Assembly (NCBI GenBank): GCA_016748015.1
Contig: JAAOMT010000289.1
Coordinates: 259,639-323,638, forward strand
DNA: 64,000 nt
Origin: Geosiphon pyriformis uo1
Taxonomy: Eukaryota; Fungi; Glomeromycota
Direction of reading: 5' to 3'
Shown piece after piece: positions 1 through 11,597 of this stretch. Every line of letters starts with the position of its first letter. Within the stretch, counting starts at the first letter, position 1. The translations under genes and the position numbers were made by a program. The notes beneath the pieces were generated by a model. The model made no database searches, was not told the origin of the DNA, and was given only the letters and a program-made list of their open reading frames with translations.

Positions 1-1935
1 CAAATAACCTACTAAACTCAGAGCCACACCATCAGAATTACATATCTATGATGCAGCAGCCAATTTATCAACCACCAGTATATCAAGCACCAATTTATCA
101 ACCAACAACACCAACAATTTATCAACCATAGGCACAACTCATTTATCAGCTGCAGGTAATCTATCAGCCTTAACAAATTCCAACCCCGCCACAGAACTTA
201 CTTCAAAACAGAACTCAAAGGCCAAGATTGACTTAACAAAGCTGGAGATCATCAATGATAGTTCACCAACTGATCCCTAGTTCTTCTACACAACCAGCAG
301 AATCTTGACAATGGAATTCGGACACCAAGTATGCCCAAAATCCGAATTTCCAGAACTATTTAAGCCTCCTGGTTATCCCAAAAGACACTCAACCCAATAA
401 TCCAGAAACCAAACAACAATTAACACTTACCAGCAATATTCTCTCAGCTACTATCACCAAGAATGAAACACTGAATGCCATCTTTCTATTCAAACTCGAA
501 AAAACCACACCAGTTCTATTATTCAGTGGAGCCACTTTTAACACCAAACTGATTACTGCCATGTACATTAACACAAAGATTGATAGTCACACCATCAAAC
601 TGATCCTAGACAATGGATCAGCTGACAGCATCATCACAAAACAACTTATAGACCAATTAGGTCACCAAGTTGATTGTGCTGCCAGCACCAGGATCATAAC
701 TGCCAATGGAGCAACCAAAACCCCTATTGGTGAAATTGATGACTTTCCTTTTGAAGTCAATGGTATTATCATTCCCATCAAAGTCTTAGTGATAGAAGCA
801 ACCCAATATTAGACATTAGTAGGGAATGATTGGTTATCTAAAACCAATACCATACTGGACTGGATAACACAAAAGCTTCAACTGAGCCAAAACAGTCGAC
901 ACACACGTGTACTAGCCACATGTGGCCATTTCAAACCCATTAACTCAACAACACCACTTATTGAATTCAAGGAAGAAGAGAAGAAACCTACCTGGGAAGC
1001 CTACCAAGTTTTCTGGGCCAACACAGAACACAATGAACTGCCGCCAATACTTTTGTGGGATGACAACAGCAAAGGAAAGCAGAGCAAAGAACTTATCTGG
1101 AAAGCCGACCAAGCCTGAAAAACTGACAATGACCAAGAAAAACAAATAAATTGGGAATAGAAAGAAGACAAAAAGGGAAAAAGAAAGGAGAAAAAAGAAG
1201 AACCAACAACCAACAGCAAACCCACTTATAATTCCTACATTACACCCCACTGATCCACTTATTGCTACTCAAAACTAGTATGTGTCAATTGTGGCAAGAA
1301 ATTGTCATCAATGGGTGTTTGTTGTGACGATGATAAGGAGTACACTTCGGCAATAAAATTCTACTGTTACTTATGCATAATTGAATGCTTTGGAAGGCCA
1401 AAATGGATTGGAAAATGGGACAATGAATCATGCTTGGCTTGTGGAGAAACTTTTTTAGATGAAGAAATGTGGAACAACATTCTTGGGTAAGAAGAAATGT
1501 ATGACAAATTATGTCAATACACAATCCTTATAAGTGACTGGGTGAGAAAAGAAATGTCCATAGACACTGTCTGGAGATAAGTCATCAAACATCTAGACGG
1601 GTGCCCACATAATGATGATGAAATCTGGCAAATGACACTCACTAAAATCGAAGGAGCGACCCCAGAAGAGATAAAAACAATTAAAAATAACCCACTTGAA
1701 CCTATAGAACTCGACTGGGATCCAGAACCAGTCATAAATTTCTTAGATCCAAAACAATTCTATGAACATTATCAAAAGCTAGCACCTATCAGGGAAGAAC
1801 AAGAGTAGCGTTTAGAGCAGTTAAATATTCGGTTATGTCAACATTGCTTAATTCCCTGTGACTTTCAATATTGTAATGAGTGTGACCTCATTTACAATCC
1901 ACCACCACACATGATCTACACAATCCCAGAAGAAT
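1..1935 (+). pseudogene. Degenerate gag-protease polyprotein fragment with downstream Cys-rich segment
   Basis: Q/P-rich gag-like text, then IKLILDNGS...PIGEIDDFPFEVNGIIIPIKVLVIEA (retropepsin), then CxxC-rich text; interrupted by stops. Confidence 0.8.
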
Positions 1936-2057
1936 AAACAATGTACAAGTAGAAGACGTAAAAAATAAAGTCAAACAAACAATACTAGAAAAAAAAGTAT
2001 TAAAGCTAATTCAGAATGAAGATTTCGATAGAGCTCAATATTAAAAAGAGGAGATAA

Positions 2058-2899
2058 TGTTACTCATAAAAAGAAAACAGATATAGAAAATAGCAAACCA
2101 ATAAGAAAATAGTATTTAACATGTGAGCACATTGCTCAGCAATGTGGAGCAATATCAGAAAGCATAGCACATTGCTCAGCAATGTGGAACAATGTTAGAA
2201 ATTAGGGCACATTACTCAGCAATGTAAGTATTGCTCAAGAAATTATAGCATATTGCTTGGGAATGTGAGCAATCTCATAGAATATCAATTAGGTATATAT
2301 AGCAGCAGTGTTAAAAGTAGAAGAAAAACAGAATCTTTTAGTTAGAAATCTTCTATCAACAAATATTAAATAAATAAATCATTTACCATCCAAATCCACT
2401 CTCCACTATTAACATTTCATGTTAATAGAAATTGATACTTAACCATGCTGAAACAATAGCTCTTGATCATGGCTATTGACAAGATACTAACTTACACATT
2501 GCCTTGGCTTATTTCTTTATTTTCTTTTATTTCTTTCTTTCTTTGATTTTATTGTTGCATACTAACTGCTTAAGAATTAAAGTGCTAAGTAATTGACATT
2601 ATGAATAGCCTGGTAAAAGACCCAGAAATAAGAGTAAAATTACATATCTATTAATGGATAGCTTACCAAAAGGACATGACTGTCAGAATAAACTGGCCAC
2701 TAAGCTGAAGACAGAAATTGAAAACACAATTTACTAACTAATTACATTGTCATTGAATCTTTGTCTATTATACAAAAAACTCAACTTTAAAACCTTCAGA
2801 TACAACCAACGTACCAGTAAAACCAGCATTGTCAAGATATTGAGCATCAAATTATGGATTTGTTATTTAATTTAAGACTCCAAATAATCATTTGTAATA
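2058..2899 (+). repeat. 3' LTR (U3 type A)
   Basis: Starts TGTTA after the PPT and ends TGTAATA (TGTAACA in sister copies). Has CCAAT and TATATATAGCAG boxes; downstream part homologous to 31810-32726, 36044-36975 and 59534-60334. Confidence 0.85.
2127..2275 (+). repeat. Four ~40-bp tandem units with palindromic core CACATTGCT-C-AGCAATGTG inside LTR U3
   Basis: Units start at 2127, 2167, 2207 and 2248; related units at about 60200-60275. Confidence 0.85.
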
Positions 2900-3495
2900 C
2901 TGGTTAATAATATGACTTTTTTTATGCTCTCTTTTGAAATAAACATCAATTGAATGATTTTTTTAAATTTTAAAGGAGTAGTAACCTTCTCAAAACCATT
3001 GATTATTAAAAATAATTTTTTAATTAATTGAGTTTTCATAGTCATTAATTTGCTTTTTACAGCTGAAAGATTAATATTCAATGCAAAAAATTTCTTAACT
3101 GTTATTTTAACCTGATTTTTAACTATTTTTGGATCAATCCATCTTTTTTCAAGAAAAATAAGAAGACAGAAAGAGAGAAAAACCTTATTTTTATTATTTA
3201 TATTAAAAACTAGAAAGCCAATAGAAGAATCAATTATAGTATTAATATTAACTCTTTTCACTTTAAGTATATTTATCTTAAAATCTAACTGGGCTTCATT
3301 TTTATTACTAGCATTATTATCTGTATCTATACTAGCAAATTGGCCAGCAATTTTTTTTGAATTTTCAAAACTTAAATTTGTTTTATTACCAAAATGCTTA
3401 ATATTGTCAAGTAATAATTTTTGCTTTTAAATCAAACTCTTATTAACAGAACTTGAAACTGTAATTTTGGGATGAAAAAAAGAAAGAAGTTTTTT
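2900..3495 (-). mobile_element. 5' fragment of a LINE (ORF1 N-terminus), interrupted by the Gypsy element
   Basis: ORF 2872-3261 (LEKRWIDPKIVK..FALNINLSAVKSK..KTQLIKKLF) matches ORF1 of the LINE at 30072-30659; same 5'-end motif AAACTTCTTTC. Confidence 0.8.
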
Positions 3496-4755
3496 TTTAA
3501 TTATTTATAATAACAAAAATAACCAAAAATATAACAATAAAAAAACCAAAAAAACAGAAGTTTTAACATAAAACTTTGTATTAACAAAAAATAAAAATAA
3601 AAATTTTGAAGTTATTAATAAGTCTAAAAAAAACTTAAAAAAAAAAGTAAAAAATATTTTATAATTTATAATTTAATAATTTAAATTTTAATATTTATAT
3701 AAAATACCAGTTTTTAAAGAATTAAAAATCACAACAACAAAATATTAACAATAATAAAAAATAAAAAATAAAACAAGTATAATTATTAACTTAAAAAATA
3801 AAATCATTAATTTTAAAAACAATAAAATTAAAAAAAATTAATTAATTTGGTTTTAAAAATGGTTTTTAAAATAATAATATTTTTTTAATTAAAAAAAAAA
3901 TTTAATATTGTTTTTTTAATTAATACAAACTAATAAATAATAATAATAACAATAAAAAGGTTTTTAAAATAAATAATAATATATTATTATAAGTTAACAA
4001 ACTTTAACTTAATTAAATTAATAATATTAAAAATACCAAAAATATTTCTAATAATATTAAAAAATATGCTAAAAAATATATTATAAAATACAATAAAAAA
4101 AAAGCAGAAATTAATATAAAAAACTTTGTAATTTTAAGTATAATTAAAAAAAATCACCAATAAAAATTTTAATAATTGGAACCAAAAAAATTTTGAATGC
4201 AAAATTTATATAAAACAATTTTATATTGTTTTTAAAACTAATTTAAGTTTAATAAAACTAAACAGTAAATAAAACAAGAATTTAATAAAAACCAATATAA
4301 TTTTAAAAATAATATTAAACACTAAAATAGAAATCACTTATTCAAAAAACTTTTAATGATTTGTAATTATTTTTTATGTATTATTAAAGACAGTATCAAA
4401 AAATAAAAAAACCAATTAATTTAGTTTTTATTTAATTAATCTAATCATTAAAATTAAATAATTTAATAAATTAATTAAGTAAAAACATATTTAAAAACAT
4501 ATCTTGTTTTGTTTTTAAAACCAGTAATAATCTGTTAAAAAATATTATATTTAATAATACAGCCAATAATTAATCTTAGTTTATTTTAAATGATATATTA
4601 TTATTGTTACTATTTATATTAAAAAAAAAATTAATTACAATTATAAAAATTTTAAATAAAATTTTATTTAAAACTACAAAAAAGTTTAATATAATAATAA
4701 TAAATATAAGTAATTATTGCTGTTTTTTAGAGTTTTTGATTTTTTTGGCTATTTG

Positions 4756-4804
<49 letters not shown>

Positions 4805-5124
4805 GTAAAAGCAAAAAAAAACCAGTTTTTTAATTGATCTATTATTAAAAACTTTGGAATTTTTGGAAAAGATAAAAATAATATTAGAATTAATTCTGGT
4901 ATTTTTTGAAAAAAACTTTGACTGAAAAAAAACTACCAATTAAAGATGAAAAAACTGTTAAAAACTATTTTTTATTATTAATATTTAAGAAAAATATTTC
5001 TAAAACATTTTATTTAGCTGTTTTTATAATAGAAAAAATTTATTAGTTATTATAAAAAAAATAATATTTGAAACTTTTTTATTTTTTATTTAAATTATGA
5101 TAATAAAATTAAAAAAAAAAGTTT
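3496..5124 (-). mobile_element. Heavily decayed ORF1-only (half-LINE) element copy, 3' part interrupted by the LINE
   Basis: SKVFNNRSIKKLVF (ORF 4727-4939) matches ORF 37256-37651; colinear with 35050-37680; followed by a TATAATATATAT target-like tract. Confidence 0.7.
4757..4804. repeat. (AAT)n microsatellite
   Basis: Seen directly. Confidence 0.95.
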
Positions 5125-5889
5125 ATAATATATATATATATAATTTTTTTAAAAAATAATAATTTATTAATTAATTTATATTTTTATTATTATTTAATAA
5201 TCAATTCATAAAATTTTTTTATAAATTAATAATAATTTTAACTAATATATTTTAATACTTATTTTTTTTTTGTTAAATTAATTAGTCTTTTTAAATATTA
5301 AACAACTTAAAAAGTTATTTTAATTTTAATAAAACAAATATTAAATTAATTAAAATTTTTGAATGTTAAATAACTTTAAAATAATACAAGTTTTAAAATC
5401 AATTAAAAGTTTTAAATATTAAATAACCTAAAAAGCTATTTGAATCTCAATACATGGTTTGTGGTAAAACTAAAAGTCTTGAATAAAAAATAACTTTAAA
5501 TAATTATGATTGTTTTCACATTTGGGATGGTAATTATTATTATCTCATTGGACATATGATCGATCTTGATGGTTTTTATATCACGTGAAAACTCAGATGG
5601 TAGATCAGGAATTTGAAACTTTTGATTGGATGATTCATGATTTTTGATCTAAACTCTTATCATGCAACTTGTCGAATTTTTATATATAGTTGCATGCATG
5701 ATTTCTACCATTATAGTTTCTTATTTTCCGAATTATTCGCATACATACATACACAATGTTAAAAATTATGGAGGTGAAACTGATAATTTTTACAGATTAA
5801 AGATTAAATAAAAATGATAGAATAGGAAGGAAATATTCGAACTTTGAAAATTTTTTGACATTGATATTATCTGGGGACTTTTGATTACA

Positions 5890-6310
5890 AATGCCAAAAC
5901 TGACTTTAGATAATGCCCAAGAATATTGAATATATAATAAAGAGGGTAAAATTTTTTTCTGAAAAATAAGTTAATGTTAAATCTCCAATGATTTAAAAAA
6001 TTGGCTAAAGGTCATTAATGGTCTATTACTCATCCAAACTTATTAAAGGATATGTAAATAAATGCTTGCAGAAAAAAAAAGAGTTCTTTACCTTACAATT
6101 AAGTATATTAATAGACAGGATCCTCTGGAATGGCAGTGTAAAGAAGATAAATTGAGGGTTTCAGCAAGGATATTCTTTAAGGAACTTGATGTCGAAAACA
6201 CAAACAGAGCCAAATACCCAAATCTTAAATATTGATATTGGGAAAAAATGTTTTACAAGAAGAAGGTGGCAAAAGTCTTTCTACAGAATATTATATTAAT
6301 AAAAAAAAAC
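5890..6310 (+). pseudogene. Relic of a repetitive Zn-ribbon-type protein
   Basis: Manual translation gives three degenerate repeats: KLTLDNAQ..KEGKIFSEK*VNVKSPM..AKGH*W; LAEKKR.LYLTIKYINRQDPLEWQCKE; EGGKSLSTEY. These resemble GGKCLSTEYIN..PL.W.C.KGH.W repeats; stops and frameshifts throughout. Confidence 0.55.
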
Positions 6311-7201
6311 TTTAATAGTTCTACATGAATTCTTAAGATTTCCAAGACTTTAGTTAAAACAAGAAAGCAATAAATAAAATTCTTAACATTCCGTAATAAA
6401 ATTTGAGCTCCTTTAACTATATTATTTTTTGATACTAAAGCTCTTTATTGCTTTTACGAATATTCTAAAGTATTTACCCAAATAAGAAAGCAAATTTAAT
6501 GTTTTTGATGCTTTAAGATTTTTCTGGCTATGTATTGTATAATTTTAAACTAATTTTTTGGCCTAAAATTCTAAATGCAAGAAAAACAAAGAGTCCGAAT
6601 CAAAACCTTTCAGGAAAACGTTAAAAAAAGCGTAAAACTTTAAAAGATTTTGTTACACACCTTTTAGGAATCGAGTCTTAAAACAATATTTTAAAATTTG
6701 TAACCTTTAATTTAATTTTTATAATATATATTTGTAACCTTGGTAATTAATCAAATCTTATTTATTTTGTATTTTATTATATATAAATTTTTACAAATTG
6801 TAATTTGATGACAATAAATCAATTTTAAAAATGTTTTAAAATTCAAATTGATCATTTCTGTATTATGCACAGATATGTCAAGATGTGTGATGCACAAACA
6901 AGAATTTATTTCCATACATGTTTGCATATTTCAAAAGTCATCTACTGTGCAAGCAATTTTTTAAGTACCGAAAATATATTACAATATTGTAAATATCTAA
7001 GTTTCGAAATTGATTTTTGCCTACTAATTCTGTTTTATTTCTTCATAACAGTTAAAAACAATCTGATGGCTACTTAAACTTATTGAATTACAGAATCAAT
7101 TGTTTCGTTTTCCAATTTGAGATACTCTGTTTCCGACTGAGATGGTTCTCCCTGAATTTTGAATTTAATCTTCACAGTTATGAATAATAAGACTTTATAA
7201 T

Positions 7202-9848
7202 TTATTTTTCTAACACATGAATATTTTTCTTTTCATTTTTGGTGTGACGCTTAGAGGCACTATACATTCGAGATATCTCGTAAGAAGACATCCAACCGGG
7301 AGGCCACAGTTCGAGGAGCTAGGTGTATCATAAAATAGGAAAAAGTATTACTAAATTGTGAGAAATTCAAAATATTGATCAATAGAGTAAAAAACCAATT
7401 ATTTACCCGCTGGTATAACATTTTTCGCATTGTTTGTTCTGAAAGACGTTCTGACTTATCTTCAGCCTCCCTTTGGAATCAAAGAAAAACAAATTTTTGG
7501 TTAAAATAAAAATAAAAAAAAAACAAAAAAAAAACGAAATAATAAGTTAAAATAAGAATTCGTCAAATTACATGAGGTCATTTTTCATTACTGTAATATC
7601 CATCTCCATCTGGATTATTTGCCATAAAAGCCCCTTTGTTTTGACGGTCCACTTAAATTTCTTGCCTTTACCACCGGAAACAGTGTGATTTACCGTCGTA
7701 TCAGGATCCATATTGGAATCACCTCCAATTTCCGGATCTCCGTCTGTGTTTGCACTAGAGAGATCGGATGATGGTTCCGACCTGAACAGAGATGCATGCC
7801 TTTGTAGAATTCCGGGCATGATTTCTTTCAATTCTCCTTCCAATTTTTTCATCAGATTGTCTCTCTGTTGTTCCACTTCTGGTATTTTTATCGGATATAG
7901 GGTCCTTTTACAAAGTCTCTATAAGTAGAAAAACAAAAATTAACAGATGAGCAAAGTTTCAGGTTTAATAGAATCATCAAAACTAATAAAAAAATTCTAT
8001 GCAGTTTTCTGCGCGGTTACGTTGTTCAGAAAGCTAAGTATACTTGACCTATTGATGTGGTCTTTATAGAAAAATAAATAAAAAATGTTAAAAAATAACT
8101 AACCGTGACTGTATACTTATTGTATGGTAAATTATTGGTTAATATTTTGAAAAAGTTTTCATTAAACTCGTTATGTTCATAGGCTTTGGTTATCGTAGCC
8201 AATAAGTGAGGCTTAAGATTAGGAGGGAATCTATTTTTAAGTGCAAAAGATTCTAAAGGAGTGAAAATGACAAATGGCAAATGATTAATAAAAAGTTTTA
8301 TTTTGTTTGAGTAAATTATGAAAATTTTCTAGATTAAAGTACCTGTAGCTACTTCTGATTTAAATGTGTCCAAAGTTTTTTGGACTTCGGGATTTATAGA
8401 TTCCTAAAAAGTCAATCAATAATAAAAGAGTGAGCTCAATTTTTCCACTAGTTAAATCTCTACGATCTAGAGTAAGCAATAGGTAGGTAGGTAGGTAGGT
8501 AGGTAAGTTAAGTAGGTACTTACCACAGGATAAGATTTAAGAGTTTTCCCTTGAGTTTTGTTAACTTCTGGAATGTATCTCGGGATAGGAGGAGGAGGAG
8601 TTATATCTTTTCTGTGATATGAATTATTGGTTTCATTTTTTGAATGAGGCATTGGATTGACGATGAAAGCAATAGTACCATTTCTGTTAGGTGGTGGTGG
8701 TGGTGGTGGAGGTGGAGGTGGAGGTGCATGTACGGACATGGAAGAATCTTTAATCATATTTGCGTTCTTTGAAGATGACGCATTATTTGAAATTTTCAAA
8801 GAAGACTGGCTTGAACTCTTCGAAATAGGCTGACCGGAATACTTAATTGATGAAATTTGATAATTGTCTTTGAAGATTAATTTTTGAGGAACAAAAACCT
8901 CAACAATTTGAGAATCTGAAATCTGTGATGATGATGAGGTTTTCTTTGACTCATTGATAGTATTGTTATTGTTATTGTTATTGTTATTATTATCTTCAGC
9001 GCTTGTATGACCTTTCTTAGATGTCTTTCGTGCCCTAGCGTCCAAAGCGGTTGATTTTCGTTTGGATGAGACCTTTTTCGTATCAGGTGACGCATCACTA
9101 ATTTAAGGAAATCGAAACATCAATAAAATAATCCTATTTGGAAGGTTTGGCAACAAGACCAACCCAGATAAAACTGTGAAAGAACCATACTCAATATCCG
9201 AGTCCTCAACTTGTAGAGGACCTCTCCAAACAAAGAAACCATCAACAGAGGGGCGAATCTCTCCAGTGTAGCGTTGTGATGGGGCTAACTCACTATCATC
9301 AATGAATGGATCTGAAAAATCATAATTTTCCATTCTTGCTTTCTTTTTTCGCATTTTTTTCTAAAAGGAAAAAAAAAACGGTAGAAAATGGTAATTCTTT
9401 GAAAAAGAGGGTGGAATTTGTGAAAAGCTTAATTTACCTCTTGCTCAATCTTTGCCGCTTTTGTGTTAATCTCAGCATTTTCAAGAATACGACGAAAAAA
9501 AGGATCCTTTTCTGAAGAGAAATCACCGGGTGGTGTTGAAGTTGGGGATGGAGATTGAGGATCAGGAGTTTGAAAACCTTCGGATCCTTCACCCGACGAA
9601 TCAGACTCGGAGTCAGTTTCATTTTGTCTTGGAGGGGTTAAGGGTAAAACACCAGCTTCCTTTAACAAATCAGGTATATCAACAATGTTGTTTTCTGGAT
9701 ATGTTAAAGGGATATCGATGGTTATCATTCTAGAAGGTGGTAGCAGAGTGGGTTCAGGTTGAAAATTTTCGGCCACTCTAACAATCTCACTAGATGATTC
9801 AATTTCAATAGAGTCCTTTACGACTTTTTCGATTTTCTCTTTAGGCAT
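7202..9848 (-). CDS. Ubinuclein/HPC2-family histone chaperone (HIRA complex subunit), multi-exon
   Basis: HUN motif YDFSDPFIDDSEL...GFFVWRG; UBN middle domain (RFPPNLKP, LPYNKYT, KKFKWT, LLELWPPGWMSSYEISRMY); GT-AG introns; stop at 7202-7204; first ATG at 9848. Confidence 0.85.
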
Positions 9849-10484
9849 TTCGTTCAAAGATCAAATCGTGATGAAATGAGTGAGAATTGGACAAAAAGTT
9901 TTAAGCTGACCCTGAATATGGTTGGAATAGTCAGGCAACAAAAGATTTCAGAGATCTGAGAAAAAGATAGAAATTGTGGGGGTTGTGGTAGGGTGGTGTG
10001 TCTTAGTCGAAGTAGAAAAAGCCTGGTTCTTTATAATTTTCACGCGGGACAAAGGAGTTCAGTTATTTGAGAACACAAATTTTGATTCACAATCTCACGA
10101 AAGCCCTAAGTTTAAACCTTAATAATCACGTGATTTAGATCAAACGATCAAAGGTAGAATTACACGCGCGAATTTTAGTATTTTAGTGTTACATCTAAAA
10201 GAATTGTTTACCTTTGGGGGGGGGGGGGGGTAATTATGTAAATTGAGTTAAAAATATAAAAAAACGATATTGAAATAAGGAATATTAAGTTTTAAATAAA
10301 TTTTTATTTTTTAATTTTTATTTTTGTATAAGTAATTACTATTTAAATATGAAATTGGTGTAAATTCCAATTACAAGTTTATTAATTCAAAAGTTATTAT
10401 TACCCCATGCTCTTTATTTAGGATATGCCCTATTATACATGATCATTTTTTGGGTAATATAGGTATATTAATAGTATTACAATT

Positions 10485-10580
10485 AAAAAAACTATTCACA
10501 TAATAAAAAATTATTAGAATAAAAACTATTCTCATAATAAAAAACTATTCTCATAATAAAAAACTATTCTCATAATAAAA
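10485..10580. repeat. 19-bp minisatellite (AAAAAACTATTCTCATAAT), 3 near-perfect copies plus 1 degenerate
   Basis: Seen directly. Confidence 0.8.
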
Positions 10581-11424
10581 ATTTTTTAGAATAAATTTAA
10601 ATATATAAATATATTATTTTCGGTTTAAGTATTTTGGAAACTTTTATCCTCATAAAGCTTCTTTTTTTGACCTGCTTCTGGGAATTTGTAGCCCAACGAC
10701 TATCTATTACATAGAAAATATAAATGATATATACTAGACGTGACTCATGGTTTTTTTTTCTATAAGTGACCTACTTTTTTTTTTAAAAGCAAAAGCATTA
10801 TTTGTAATATATACATGTTTTTAAAATAAATTAATAAATTGATAAAAAGTACAAAATTAATAAGAATAAATTTTGTTTTAAATATGTTTAATTTTTTTAA
10901 AACAGCCAAATTTTTGGGTAATTTAAATAATATATATATATATATATATTTAAATATAAAATGTCTTAACCAAAATTGTAAAAAAGTTTTTTAAACAATT
11001 CACGAAACTTTTTCATTTATTTGTATATTAAATTTCCGAACTCAAAATAAAGATATAATCTATAAAGAAAGAGTACTTTCATTCATGTTCAAAATTTTAA
11101 AACCTTTTACTTTTAAAAGAAACTTTATTTTTTTGAATCTATGATCATATCATTTGATCAATTTTCTTATTCTTTGATGCACCGTAAAAATTTCCAAGAT
11201 TATCATCATATTTGTTTATGCAGTGGTTGTTTTATAGTAATATATCAAAGAAACTTGAATCATTATCTCCGCTGTGACTTTTTTTCTACAAACATTTAAC
11301 ACATAGGATACTATTCATTTCATAGATATCAAAGTAACAAAGATAACCAATTGCTTATCTCAATATTTATTTATATGTTGCAAATAATTGAATTGATAAA
11401 TTTGTTTTCAATACATGAAATTGA

Positions 11425-11462
<38 letters not shown>

Positions 11463-11556
11463 AAGTGAAGAGGAAACTTGAAGGCAAAATTTTAATGGAA
11501 AAAAAAAATAACATATTGAAAGCCATAAATTATTTATTATTATAATTATAATTATA

Positions 11557-11591
<35 letters not shown>

Positions 11592-11597
11592 AAAGCA

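Larger units (their letters stand above)
1..2899 (+). mobile_element. Ty3/Gypsy LTR retrotransposon, internally deleted copy (gag C-terminus, protease, Cys-rich region, then 3' end and 3' LTR); 5' part outside window
   Basis: Aspartic-protease motif LILDNGSADSII in ORF 561-812 and many premature stops. 1933-2899 aligns with the 3' end and LTR of the RT-bearing element at 59534-60470 (opposite strand). Purine tract AAAAAGAGGAGA at 2043-2054. Confidence 0.85.

Noticed and set aside
2127-2275. CRISPR-like array of palindromic repeats
   Set aside because: The 'spacers' resemble each other, the array lies inside an LTR of a eukaryote, and there are no cas genes.
2440-2485. Hammerhead ribozyme (GAAAC followed by a stem) in the LTR
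   Set aside because: No CUGAUGA core, and the stem closes with GAC rather than GUH.
7922-8103. Intronic snoRNA or cryptic exon in the long ubinuclein intron
   Set aside because: TGATGA and CTGA are too close together, and the candidate donor GTCAAG is weak.
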